A stretch of 63,674 nt of DNA, the filler included, from Rhabdomonas costata (lineage: Eukaryota): NCBI GenBank assembly GCA_019059605.1. It is 42 parts of 42 records of this genome, joined end to end, with 100 filler letters (N's around TTAATTAATTAA, not from the genome) between each part and the next. Parts side by side here need not be neighbours in the genome. Positions count along the whole stretch, not along the records: positions 22,785 to 24,202 come from JAHMHO010016503.1; positions 24,303 to 25,720 come from JAHMHO010016504.1; positions 25,821 to 27,238 come from JAHMHO010016505.1; positions 27,339 to 28,755 come from JAHMHO010016506.1; positions 28,856 to 30,273 come from JAHMHO010016507.1; positions 30,374 to 31,792 come from JAHMHO010016508.1; positions 31,893 to 33,310 come from JAHMHO010016509.1; positions 33,411 to 34,828 come from JAHMHO010016510.1; 34 more parts are not named here. The stretch is one strand, 5' to 3'. Shown here in pieces: positions 23,070 to 36,143 of this stretch. Under the pieces are notes generated by a model that had not been told where the DNA came from, made no database searches, and saw nothing but the letters and a program-made list of their open reading frames with translations. How positions within the stretch are numbered: the first letter of the stretch is position 1; each line of letters starts with the position of its first letter. The translations under genes and the position numbers were made by a program.

Positions 23070-24113
23070 AGTGGTGATCACTGCGCTGGAGAAGAAGTGG
23101 CATCCGGATTGCTTCAAGGTCGCTTGCTTGGCTCTACTTCTTTGAGCTCATCTGCTCCATCCATCGTACGAAGAAATCCTTAACGACAGAATGGCTGCTA
23201 TGCTGCTAAGCCACAACTCTAACTGACAGTACAAAAAAGGAGAAGAGCACTCCCCCCCTCCTCCCTCTGCCACCGGTTTCTCTTTTCCTTCCTGTGCTTC
23301 TTCTTGTCAATTTGGGCGTACGCAGTGCTCGAAGTGCGCCAACGTGGTGGGCACGGCGGAGTTCAAGGTGGAGGGCCAGCAGGCGCTGTGCGTGACGTGC
23401 GCGCAGCGGCTGTTCTGTGGGGGCTGCCACGGGGAGATCACGGGGCAAGCTCTGCGGGCACGCGGGGAGACGTGGCACCCGGCCTGCTTCACTTGCTCCA
23501 AATGCCGCCGTACGTCAGGGAGGCCGGATGGGGTGGGGAAATGGGGAGTCGCATGGGCTGGCTGTTTTTGTAGACCTGTTGCACTTTTTTGCGTTCAATC
23601 GAGGTCAATGTTCCAATCTCTAATTACCCAAATCTAAATCTCTAATTACCCAAAACGAAACGAAATGTTTAACGCCTGCAAGCGTGTATGGGTGCACCCC
23701 GTGGCGGGAACTGACGGCACAAGGGCAGGAGCCTCGTGCTTTTGACCCGTGAGGGGCCGATGAACTGCAATTGACTCTGTGGAATAAGGATGGGTGGTGC
23801 TCAGGCAATCATGTGCGTCAACATGTGCCTCTCTGTATATCGGTTGGTTTTATATATATATTGGTTTCTCCCATGCCACAACACGACCTGGTTCCCCCTC
23901 CCTCTTCAGCTCTCTCTTCTGTGCTTCTCTGCTTTTTGATGTATGCGCTCAGAGCCCATCGGGGTAGTGGAAGGGAGGCGGCTGGGGTGCTCCGTGGAGG
24001 GCGGACGGGCGGTGTGCGACCGCTGCCACCCCCGCCCCACCTGCGCGGGCTGCCACAAGGAGATCTCCGGCGGGCAGGCTAGGCTGGCCCTGGGCCAGCA
24101 CTGGCACCCCGAG
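23070..24113 (+). CDS. Multi-LIM-domain protein (paxillin-like), exons 23070-23118, 23326-23509, 23953-24113
   Basis: ALEKKWHPDCFK|CSKC..CVTC..CGGCHGEI..WHPACFTCSKC..CDRC..CAGCHKEI..HWHPE. GT-AG introns in frame. Confidence 0.93.
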
Positions 24114-24396
24114 GTCCTGCACACACCCACTCATCCCCCCCACACACACACATACACACCACACCCATCTTTCAGCTTAGGTTCAGGCACGGGGGGTTGG
24201 TTNNNNNNNNNNNNNNNNNNNNNNNNNNNNNNNNNNNNNNNNNNNNTTAATTAATTAANNNNNNNNNNNNNNNNNNNNNNNNNNNNNNNNNNNNNNNNNN
24301 NNGGGTGGGAGGGGGCTCATTTTACATTTTACATTTTGCAACCTTCACTCTCGAAACCCAAAAAAAGGCACCCTGGCTGGGGTGATTGGGCGGCAG

Positions 24397-25706
24397 AAGG
24401 ACCTCAGCGGGGCGAAGAAGTACCTTCCCGAGGAGAAGGTCTGGGGGTGGGCCGCGCAGCTGCTGTTTGCGGTGAGCTACCTGCACCGCCTGGGAATCGT
24501 CCACCGGGACATTAAGCCGGGCAACATCTTCACCACAAAGACGGATCAGGCGCGACTCCACTGCTGCCAAACCTTTCCTACCTCCTCCTCTGTTCTCCCA
24601 GCATCCCATTTGGGGTGGACTTGTTTTCTTGTTCTCGTTTTGTGACCCTGACTTTTCGTCTCAGTTTTTAAGTTCGTCGTCTTTTCTGTGCTGCTGTGCT
24701 TCGACTGTATTTTGGACCTGTGGGTCCAGGATGAGGTAGAGTTGCAAGATATGCCGGAAAAGAGAGCGGTGAATTACCCGAAAGATGGATGAGAAGAAAA
24801 GATGTCTGCTGCCATGTAACCCGCGTTGGCCAGGTGCTCGAGGTCTCCTTAAACTCATTGTGAGCGGCCGGACGCTTACAGCCTGGCACCACCTCCCCTC
24901 CCCCTTTAATACCACTTTACTGCCACCACAGCTCAAGCTCGGGGATTTTGGCATCGCGAAGGTCGTCTCGGGCACCGTCTCGATGACCACCCACAGTGGA
25001 ATGGTGGGGTCCCCGTTCTATCTCAGCCCCGAGGTAACCAAACGAGTGCTCACCCTGCACTCCAGCTCTCCTGTCTCGCTCTGTGCCTGCTCGTCGCTGC
25101 GTTTGGTATGATTTGCATGAGCTTGTTTTGTCTTTGCTCCATATTTCCTGCTGCGGGATTTCTTGAAAGGGAGGTTGATCTCGTGGGATTCGGCGCAGAT
25201 CTGTGAGCAGCAGAGCTACACCGCGAAGGGTGACATTTGGGCGCTGGGGGTCAGCCTGTACGAGCTGTGCACGCTGCACGTGCCCTGTGCGTGTGCCCGC
25301 GCGCTTCTCCTTCCCTCGTTGCCCCCCTTTTTCTCTGCTACTGTTTTTACTCATTAATTGTTGCCCTATTTTTCGAAAGCAATCCTATTTTACTCTGTGT
25401 TTTTGTGGTCTAGTCGGGCTTTTGAGGGGTATTCAGAGGAAGTGAACGGTTGGAAGAAAGCCTTGAGTCTGGTCATATCCCTGCACCCTGTGTTCCCAAA
25501 ACCAGGCTTTGAGTTTTTCGAATATTTTTCCGAAGCAAGAATTCACACAAAGTGAGAATTTTGGGTACCTCTGGCAGTTCAAACCCCACTCTCTGTGTGC
25601 CACGGGGCGGCCGTGGTTTCTTTGAGACTTTTTGCTTATCTCGGTGCTTCCCCAAAAAAAGTTCCTGGCACGAACATCCTGGCCGTCCTCAATGCCATCC
25701 TCACCC
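24397..25706 (+). CDS. NEK/NIMA-family Ser/Thr kinase, exons 24397-24549, 24932-25033, 25199-25286, 25662-~25706
   Basis: IVHRDIKPGNIF, LKLGDFGIAKV, VGSPFYLSPE|ICEQQSYTAKGDIWALGVSLYELCTLHVPFPGTNILAVLNAI. The first intron has a GC donor. Confidence 0.95.
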
Positions 25707-26165
25707 GCACCCCCCACCCCNNNNNNNNNNNNNNNNNNNNNNNNNNNNNNNNNNNNNNNNNNNNTTAATTAATTAANNNNNNNNNNNNNNNNNNNNNNNN
25801 NNNNNNNNNNNNNNNNNNNNGGTTGGTGTGTTTGGGGGTGTGGTTTCAAACGTTCAGCATGCCCTTTCGCCCTCATACGCAAACATGTTTTGCATTTCGG
25901 AGCATCAAAGCGCCTTGTGTTCTGCCAAATCTGAACGCTTTGAGCGCAATTGCCAGTTGAGGCAACCCACGAAGCCAGCCGAGGCCGGAGGGCGGAGTGT
26001 CATTGGCGGGAAAGCGGAGGGATCCTGGTAGTGGTTGGATAGGGGGGGGGGTGAGCGGCTGAAGATGGGTCCGACATTAAAAATGCGATCGTGGAGCTGG
26101 GTGGTGAGTTTTGTTTTGGAGGCTGACCAGGCGCTCGGCTGGTGCCTCGTGTGCCTCTTTTGCAG

Positions 26166-26796
26166 GAAAATCGCGTCCGGCCCGCCGCCGTGGTCCAGGG
26201 GGGCTCTGAAGGGCAGCCTCTGCTGAGCTTCCGGTTTAACCCCGTGAACCGCGAATACCTCGCAACTGGTACCTGAGAGAAGAGCGACCGCTGTTTTCGG
26301 GGAGTGTTTTCTATTGCTATGAACGTAGGGGGCGGGGGCATCTTGCCCTTCGCGTGATTCAGACTTATGTCATCCGGTTTCAGGCCTTCCGCCACATCTC
26401 CGGGATGTTTGGCTCAGGGAACCGATGGGAAATTGGCGATGAGCCTTGAGCTTCAGACTCTCCCTCCCCTCACACCCATTATGGGCAACATTGTGCAGCT
26501 GCCCGGCTCCCATATCCGTCGATGGAATCTTCCCAGATTCGTGGTTGCTTGGGCACAGCAGTCAGCCGGAAGTGGCGATTCCCACCCATTTGGTGGAACA
26601 TTACCAACCTCCTTCGAGGGACTATTTATTCCTTTGAGTATTGTTTTGCACAGGCGATGGGAAGGGGCATCTGCGAATTTGGAGGCTCAGCGATCGGCTT
26701 TGCACCCCGACGCCGCAGGAGACTGCCATTTTGGGCTCCCGCGACGCCAAGGCAATGAACGAGGCCTGGTTCAAGTACGCCGGGGTGACCTTCTGA
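26166..26796 (+). CDS. WDR34: WD40 dynein-2 intermediate chain (WDR34/DYNC2I2-like) C-terminus, exons 26166-26268 and 26654-26796
   Basis: Not in the ORF track. Spliced: ENRVRPAAVVQGGSEGQPLLSFRFNPVNREYLATGDGKGHLRIWRLSDRLCTPTPQETAIL..*. It resembles the last WDR34 blade (FN..LA.GD..G.V.VW.LS). Confidence 0.72.
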
Positions 26797-27656
26797 GGAA
26801 CCTTCGCATGAACGAACGGCTGCTTTTTTTTCTGAGCCCACCAATGTGCTTCGACTTGCCTGTGTGTTGCCTCGTAGTATGCTACCAAAACCTGTGTGTA
26901 AGGTTCACGAATGGCGGTGGGACTTTCCTGCCGAGTAACATGATGGCTTTGTGCTGCTGAGGTTTGCTTCGGGGATTGGCTTCAGACTTGCTTGGAGAAA
27001 GCCTTGGTGCCTTCCTTCCCAAGACAACAGAGAATTGACCGGATTCCATTGTTTATAGCATATCACAACTTCGCCCCGAGCTTCGTCATTTCCTCCTTCC
27101 AAATATCCATCCCCTGTCCCCCGAGCTTTCTTCACCAATTGCTCAAGCCAGAGAAGAGGGCAGACACTCACCCAATGCAGTCCCACACAACCCAATCCAG
27201 TCCAATACATTTTTTGGGGTGGGGGGGGGGCGGAATACNNNNNNNNNNNNNNNNNNNNNNNNNNNNNNNNNNNNNNNNNNNNTTAATTAATTAANNNNNN
27301 NNNNNNNNNNNNNNNNNNNNNNNNNNNNNNNNNNNNNNTTTTTTGGGGGACAAATCAAGGGGAGCAAAGGTGGGATAGGTTAGTGGGGAGAAAGTGAATG
27401 GCTAGCACTTAAGTGGGGATATTGGGAAGTGCTTTGGGACCCAACATAGGGCACACATTGGGCTTCAGGAAGGGAAGGGAAGGCCGTCCGATGGCCCAAT
27501 TGCAGACACAATGGATCCATGGCGAAGTTTTGGCTTGCATTGCATCTTGGCATACATTTGGGAGGGAGATGCGATGTGCAAGAACAGAGGAGAAAATGCA
27601 CAAGCGTTGCGAAGTGAGGCTGGGATTGCAGCCTGAGGTTTCCCCTGGACATATAG

Positions 27657-28600
<944 letters not shown>

Positions 28601-28855
28601 TGACAGGAACGAGTGGCAGGGATGCAAGTCGTGATGAAGGGCATAACAGTTTTTTCTATCCGAGGGACTCTTCCTAATAGCTGATGGCATAGCATTGGGC
28701 TTGGAATTCGCTCTTCCGGGTCAATTGGCACCAACCCCTAAGGATAATGATTGATNNNNNNNNNNNNNNNNNNNNNNNNNNNNNNNNNNNNNNNNNNNNT
28801 TAATTAATTAANNNNNNNNNNNNNNNNNNNNNNNNNNNNNNNNNNNNNNNNNNNN

Positions 28856-29356
28856 ACCCAAGTTCGCGCCTTCAGGCGGGAATGCGGAGAGACAGGTACA
28901 GAAAGAAAACAGTTTTACCCATGAACACCGCTCCACCTTTTCTGAAAGAAATATACCGCCTCCTCGAGTTGCTGCTCCAGCTCCTCTCTGAGTGCTCGCT
29001 CACGCGAGCGGGCGGATTCTTCATGGGCAAGGTTCTACAGAAAGAGAGAGAGAGAGAGAGAGTTTGACACAGAGATTAAGGTCCATGGCTGCAGGGCTAA
29101 TTTTGCAGGTTCGGTTGGTGGGCGATAAACGTTCCCGTGGAAGACGCCGGGGGCTTTGCTGTGGGGCTTCTGCAAACTTTGTGTGTGCGAGTAACAGGGC
29201 GTTGCAAAGATATCAAAGGTGCATCCCTAACCCAAGTTCGCGCCTTCAGGCGGGAATGCGGAGAGACAGGTACAGAAAGAAAACAGTTTTACCCATGAAC
29301 ACCGCTCCACCTTTTCTGAAAGAAATATACCGCCTCCTCGAGTTGCTGCTCCAGCT
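28856..29356. repeat. 127-bp exact direct repeat (28856-28982 = 29230-29356)
   Basis: Identical by direct comparison; covers an exon 3' end and intron start on the minus strand. Confidence 0.9.
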
Positions 29357-30160
29357 GCCTGATTTTGGACACTGCAGATGCGGCGTCACGAAGGGCCTCA
29401 TCTCGCTCCTTGGCACAGGTGGAGTGCGCCAGCTCCAACTCGATGAATTGCTCCCCAAGGACCTGCAGCTCGCCTTCGGTGGCTCCAAGTCGCTGCACGG
29501 AGAAGTGGAAGAAGACCACAACTCAGCGACTCAAACTCAACTCAAGTCACTACCACAACTAGACAAAAAGTGGTAAACGAAAGGCCAGGAGAGGAAAAAA
29601 GGTTGCACATCAAACTGAAAGTGCTAAAAAAAATTTTCTGCCAGATTCTTCGAACGCTTCGCGGTCAGAGTGAGGTTCCAGGGCAGATGTCAAACCACAA
29701 AGTGGCACGAAACTGCTTCGTGCGTGAACCATGGGAAAGAGGGTTGCTGAAACCTGCTGCAAAGAGGTGTGCAGTCTCTCGTTCTCCTCTTGCGAAGACG
29801 CAAGGGCTGCCTGGCTTTCACGGAGCAGCTGCTCGGCGACGGACGCCGCCTGCTGCGCACACGTCTCCTGAACAAAATATAGAATTCGGGCGGGTTTGTG
29901 GGCCCCTTTGTTTCTGCTTTGAAAATGGCTGCAATGGCCAGGGCGGCATTCTGAGGATCGCCCTTCTAGCCCACAAGGAAACAGCAACAATAAATTAGCC
30001 ACAAGAATTAGCACAGCAACATAGCAATATGTTTTCCCCCTTAAACCAACAAACCACAAGCCTGTCTTTGAAGCTTCTCAGCACACTCCTCCTGCAAGGA
30101 CTCCATGTCCGAGTGTAGCTTGGTGATCTGGGATTCCAGGGTCTCCACCCTGTCGCGAAG
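28959..30160 (-). CDS. Long coiled-coil protein, four short exons
   Basis: LRDRVETLESQITKL..LQRQ|ETCAQQAASVAEQLL..LQQ|RLGATEGELQVL..LEQQLEE|NLAHEESARSRERALREELEQQLEE; phase-0 exons. Confidence 0.75.
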
Positions 30161-30626
30161 CTGGGCAAAAGAAAATATTCAAAAGTCGTTTGTCAACATA
30201 TGCAACATTCACAAATTTCCATGAAAGTTCCATGAAAGTCATGAAAGTTAAGCGGTTCCACTCCAAGGAATTANNNNNNNNNNNNNNNNNNNNNNNNNNN
30301 NNNNNNNNNNNNNNNNNTTAATTAATTAANNNNNNNNNNNNNNNNNNNNNNNNNNNNNNNNNNNNNNNNNNNNGTTGGTTGTTGCTATGGTATTTGTGAC
30401 GGTGCGTGCCCGCAGCCTCAACAGGACGAACTGTAGTATTGTTGTGCCTTTTCAGGAGGGAGTGGGGCGCACCCAGCCTTTTTGCCCAATGATAGTATTC
30501 GGGTACTTTGTAGTACTGCAACGAATCATTGCCCCCCTCCCCCGACGCACGGATACTTCCCGTGGTGCCGCACAGGTTGGTCTCTCCAATGCATTGGTGG
30601 ATCCTTCACTGTGTCTGTGTTTTTAG

Positions 30627-30725
30627 GACGCGGAAGGGAGAACCGCCCTACACGTCGCCGCGCTCACCGGAAGCCCGCCTGCCGTGGAAGCCCTCCTGAA
30701 GCTCAGCGCCAGCCCGACTACTCAG
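30627..30725 (+). CDS. Single ankyrin-repeat exon (33 aa)
   Basis: TTTTAG| DAEGRTALHVAALTGSPPAVEALLKLSASPTTQ |GC; exactly 99 nt. Confidence 0.85.
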
Positions 30726-31892
30726 GCACTGTGGCACTGTGCTGTGTGTGTGTTTGTGTGCGTGTGCGTGTGCGTGTGCGTGTGCGTTTGTGGTTGTTGT
30801 GAGTCGACAAAGGCGACGGAAGCCCAAGCCTCTTGCAATCCGTCGCCCACCATATCCCCACAGGGGGCAGCTCCACAAGCGGCTGCTACTGCCGCAGCCG
30901 CCCCAGACATCGGCAGAGTACACTGTCGCTGCAGTGATTGTATTTGGAAGTGAAATGAAAGTTGCCACTTTGGGGCACTCAAAGAGTCAGGTTCTGCGGA
31001 GGTGGCAGTGCCACCAAAAATACCCGATTCCCTACCGTCTAGCAATGTGCCTGTATTTTTTCGTGACCAAAGCTGGGATCGGTTGACAGAGCCCTCATTT
31101 TGCTGAAGGTGTAAGATAGAGTTTATGTCTCGGCGATGCTGGCAAAGAAGTACGGCCACACCGCAGCGTCGTACCGCCTTTCAGAGGTTTCTGTGAGAAA
31201 CAATGGAATTGGGTTTGGGGACTGATCCTCAAAGTAAGGCGTTTTGAATCCCCAGCTGAGTGGGCCCCACCCACATGCTAATAACAGCCTCAGCTGTTTT
31301 CCATAATTAGTTCCACTCTCACAGTTGTCTCAATGCAAAGGCCATCCAAAAGACACTCTTCCGTCAAGCCCAGTCTGCCTCGCACACCTTATGGGTTCGC
31401 TCTCTCGTTTATGGGAGCCTCTCTCTCGTTGCGTTGCCGCAGAATGACACGGCCCCAAGTGCCGGGTCACCGCCAAACAACCAATCGAAAATGCTTTCCT
31501 CTCTCCCCCTCTGCTTTGGCGTTCGCCAGCATCCACCAGCAGCACTGCCACAGAAGGGAAGGGAGCGAAGTGCTTCAGGGCACTCCCATAGTCTTGCTAT
31601 GTCCATATGCCCTCTGCTCGGCTTCCACGGTGAAATCTCTGCGTGCCACTTTGCTGCTCTTCCCATGCGACTTTCCTGTGTGGTGGTGCCCTTCGTACTG
31701 AGTTCCGGTTATCCCTTTCCGTTGTCTGTTCCCAGGATGGTTCCGGGCTGGTGCCTTTGGCCGTCGCCGTGGCCGCCCACAACAACCCCCCCNNNNNNNN
31801 NNNNNNNNNNNNNNNNNNNNNNNNNNNNNNNNNNNNTTAATTAATTAANNNNNNNNNNNNNNNNNNNNNNNNNNNNNNNNNNNNNNNNNNNN

Positions 31893-32100
31893 TACTTGTT
31901 CTACTACTGGGCTCATGACTCGGCTGGACAACGTGCTGTGAATATGCTAGGGTTGGGGGACCACAATGTCGCTGAGTGGAGCCAGAGGCTCAGGTTATGT
32001 GTGGCAAATGCTGAGAAGGCGCGTGAAAAGCGCTTGGGTGGGAAGGGGATGGTTGTGGAATGCGACGAATGTGAAGTTGGAAGGACTCAGAAGGGTCTTG
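31893..32100 (+). mobile_element. Second Merlin / IS1595-like transposase fragment
   Basis: HTH-like MLGLGDHNVAEWSQRLRLCV followed by RLGGKGMVVECDECEVGRTQKG (GG.G.VVE.DE motif); similarity is then lost. Confidence 0.75.
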
Positions 32101-32842
32101 ATGCTCTTCCCGAAGGTAGGTACATTAGTGCAGTTATGCCATATATATAGGGTCGGCGTGGTGCAAACGTTTGTGGACTATGGTGGAGCCTTGAGAGAAG
32201 CGGCATGCCTGTTCCACTGAGATTTAACTTAAAGCAATGGGCATAACAAGGTGACATGGGGAACGTCGGCCCTTCGGGGCGAATAAAAGGGGCGGCCGCT
32301 TGGGCTCGGGCTGAACAGTTCCCCAGGATCTCAAGGCTGTGCTGTACTGTGAGTCGTCTTCTCACCCAGTACTGAGTCATATTTTGCCTCACGTTGTATC
32401 AGCAAATGGCGGGGGGCGGTGCCCACTAGCTTGAGAGAGTTAGAGGGCGACGTGTCTGTACCAAGCGTAAAAATTTGTCACACGTTGCAAAGATTTCACC
32501 ATTGCAAACCAAACGGACCCATAACTGGGAGGGATTTGCGTCCAAGGGAGGGGTCCAGAAAACCCAGACACCGAAACTGCAGCTAAAACGACGCATTCTG
32601 TGCAAGAGTGGAATTGCAAGAGCGCTTGGTAAAATTTGGGGAAAGGTGAAGTAAAGAAACACGGAGAGAAATTAGGGTGCAAACCTTTAGCTAAACGACG
32701 TAAACGACACAAGAGCGTATCACCGTATGGTGGTTCAAATGGTGGTGTGTCAAAAGCACATGGATCCTTCTTTCCCAGCAGACGATACAACGGGGGCACG
32801 CATTAGGACATCGACCCACCGACTCGCACACACTCCACACAC

Positions 32843-33017
32843 CAGTGTGGCGCCGCAGTTCAGGGCTCCGTACATGTGGGTTTGAAGGGTGGGAAAGGTG
32901 GACATCCCGATCAGGACGGGGAGCACGGAGAGCTCCCTCTCCGCCAGCGGAAGCACCTCACGGGCCGCCACCTGCCCAAAGGCGAACTCCACGATCCAGT
33001 TCCAGAAGTCCGGGTGC
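32843..33017 (-). CDS. Carboxymuconolactone decarboxylase (CMD/AhpD-like) family exon
   Basis: CAG| and |GT bounded: HPDFWNWIVEFAFGQVAAREVLPLAERELSVLPVLIGMSTFPTLQTHMYGALNCGATL, matching FAFG..R..L...REL..H..GALN.G.T. Confidence 0.85.
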
Positions 33018-33667
33018 CTGCAACACGCATTCACAGTCCAGCATGTGCGCCTTCGCACACGCACGCGCGAGATTCACTGTTGCTGTAGAATCTGCACCCC
33101 TCCACAGAGTTGTGGTGCTTCCTTGGCACCAGAGACCATGCCAACATACGCAGAATATAAAATGCTCCATCACTTCGTACATGCTAGCAGCGGGGTCAAC
33201 GCCAAAGGAATCAGCGCTCTGGTTCGACAGACACTGTCCGCCTGGAAATAGCATCTGTCGACGCATCCCCAAACCACCGGCGCCCTGTAACATTGAACTT
33301 CACCCAACAANNNNNNNNNNNNNNNNNNNNNNNNNNNNNNNNNNNNNNNNNNNNTTAATTAATTAANNNNNNNNNNNNNNNNNNNNNNNNNNNNNNNNNN
33401 NNNNNNNNNNGGGGGTTTTGGTTTTATTTTGGTTTTTTATTTTGGTTTTATTTTGGTTTATTCGACCAGGAAACGAGGGTTTGGGACATTTTGGGCTTTG
33501 CTTTGAGGGAATGTGACAGCTGGTGTTGGGTTGGATGTGGCAGCCTGAGCGTTGTCGATGTTTGCTTGTTACTTGTGGTTTTCCAGCTGGAAACGGCAAG
33601 GGCAACAAGAGGCGGGGGGTAGCAGAATGGACGGTGGGTGGGTGAATGGGATGCCGTGTCCCCACAG

Positions 33668-34825
33668 CAATTGGGGCGCCCTGCCGAGGCTCTGGAGGCT
33701 GTGGAGAAGGCCCGCCTGCTGGACACCGCGGACCGCTTCCTCAACGGCAAGTCCGTAAAGTACCACCTCCGCAACAACGACATCAAGGGCGCCGAGCGCA
33801 CCGCTGCCCTGTTTGCCGGGGTGTGCTCCTCCCCCCCCCCCCTGCGCTGTGTGGGTTTTGGCCCCTGTCAGCTGTAAAGCCAAGCCACACTCCAAGGGAC
33901 ACGGCAGAACTGAGCTGAACTGATCAATATGGCCTCCTTGGGGGGGGGATTGGTTTTTCAGCAGCCGGGCGAGGACGGGAAGCCTCCGACCACATACAAC
34001 GTCGTGGAGATGCAATGGATGTGGTATGAGCTGGAGGAGGGCGATGCCTTCTGGAGGTACTGTCCTCTTTTTACCTCACTGCCCTTCCTGGAGCCTTGGT
34101 TCATGGCCTTCTTTTTTTTACAATCCATTATGTGTCTCCCTCGGGGTAGTTTTTTTTTGTCGCCAGTACTGAGCCTAGGGCGAGAGTACCCTTGCCAAAC
34201 GCGCCCATTGAATAACTGCAAGTAATATGAGTGCAAAACCTGTTCTGTTTTCGGATTTACGCAATCTTTAGCTTCTTTTTGTACACAGAATGGGTGACAT
34301 TTTGACAGCGATGAGGCGGTGGCTCCTGATCGACAAGGTATGCTACCAATTGCTGTTTTTCCTCCTCGTCATTCTTGATTTCATTTTTGTTTGTGTGGCA
34401 CGTGCCCGCCCGCTCACTCACCCACCTCGCCCACCTACTTAGGGACTTTGATCGCTCGCCAGTCTGCGCAGCTGCTTCCTCTGTCGACTCATGTTATTCT
34501 TGGCCGTGCTGTTTCCGTTTCTACTTCGAAAAAGAAATTCCGCTAGGAAACTGCTTTTTAAGTCCGGAAGAAAGCGATTCCTCCTGCCGACGTAGACGCG
34601 CATGACAATCGCCAATTTATTGTCAAGAGGCTTTTTTGAATTAGTTGAACACAATGTCATTTCTTTTCTCATAAGCACTTCGCGGATATCGAAGAGGATC
34701 AGTTTGACTTCCACACCTACTGCCTCCGCAAGAGCACCATGCGGGCCTATGTGGACATGCTTCGGTTCGAGAGGCGGTCGCACAGCCACCGCGTCTACCT
34801 GCGCGCCGCGGAACGCGTGGTGAAG
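33668..34825 (+). CDS. NAA15: N-alpha-acetyltransferase 15 (NatA auxiliary subunit), four exons
   Basis: ARLLDTADRFLNGKSVKY; EMQWMWYELEEGDAF; TAMRRWLLIDK|HFADIEEDQFDFHTYCLRKSTMRAYVDMLRFE. Confidence 0.95.
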
Positions 34826-34952
34826 GTGNNNNNNNNNNNNNNNNNNNNNNNNNNNNNNNNNNNNNNNNNNNNTTAATTAATTAANNNNNNNNNNNNNNNN
34901 NNNNNNNNNNNNNNNNNNNNNNNNNNNNCGTTTTTTTTGTGTGACCATTTAG

Positions 34953-36143
34953 GTCGTATCTGTACCAAGAGACTGCTGCGGTGCTAAACCCGGAGTCGCT
35001 CACCAAGCTCATCGGTGAGAAGGTGTGGCATGTGTGGTGGGGGTGGGGGTGGGTTAGTAATATCCAATTGGGTTTTTTCGGGGGGTGTCAACCTTTTTAA
35101 AAGCAGAGCAGCGTGTCTTTGGTTTATGTGACGCTTACGTCTTCTTGTTTTCAAAGAAAGTTATCCTTTTTGCGGACTAACCGTGCATGAAATTAGAGGC
35201 GAAACTTGACTTGAACCTGAGCTTCAAACTGCCAGTGCCGCGAGCATTACAGGGGAAGCGTGCTCTACGTTCCCCAAGCAAAGCACCACCACACACACTT
35301 CAACGGCGCTGGCCTCTACCTCCGAAACTGTTTTAGCTCTTTTTGTGACCTGGCTTAGTGGTTTAATGCCTTCCCCTGATCCAAACTGCCCGCCTGTTCT
35401 TTTGTGCAGATCCGCAGCTTGGGAACCGCGGCCTGCCCTCCCTACCACGTCGCCCTGGTGGTCGGAGGCACCTCAGCGGAGTTCAACCTGAAGTGTGTCA
35501 AGCTGGCCAGCACGAAGTATCTCGATGACCTCCCCACCAAGGCGGACGGCTCCGGATCGGGCTACCGGTATTTTTCCTCTCTTAACCATGTGAACCATGA
35601 AGGCGCATTCACGCAAGAGGAGGCCCTGGTGCATTGCGTCAATGGGTGCCCAGGTCGTGGAAAGGACAGCCCAAAACCAGTGCAAAAGAATTTTTGCCAG
35701 CTCTCCACTTCACAGAGTCAGTTGTGCTCTTGTTCGCTACACAATGCATACGTTGTGCTGCATTGCAGAGTTGGACTCTGATGCATGCACCGATGACTTC
35801 ATGTTTCCGTGAAACGCGCACGTCCCAACCTCCGGGTATGAGTGATTTTGCACGGTTTATCAATGGGAATTTTGAGTTGTTTAATGTGTTTTGATTCAAT
35901 GTGTTTGAAGTTTTTCAGGACCACTGAGTGCATGAGAGAAATACCAAACCATAAAGGGATCTGGAGATGGAGAAGATCGTGCTGCAGATCGCACAGCAGA
36001 GCGGGATTGGGGCGCAGTTCGGAGGGAAGTACCTCTGCCATGACGCGCGGGTGATTCGGCTGCCCCGCCATGGCGCCTCCTGCCCCATCGGCCTGGGAGT
36101 GTCTTGCTCTGCGGATCGCCAGATTAAGGGCAAGATCACCAAG
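34953..36143 (+). CDS. fumA: Class I (Fe-S) fumarate hydratase, exons 34953-35022, 35410-35567, 35957-36143
   Basis: [83 protein letters not shown]. Confidence 0.96.
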
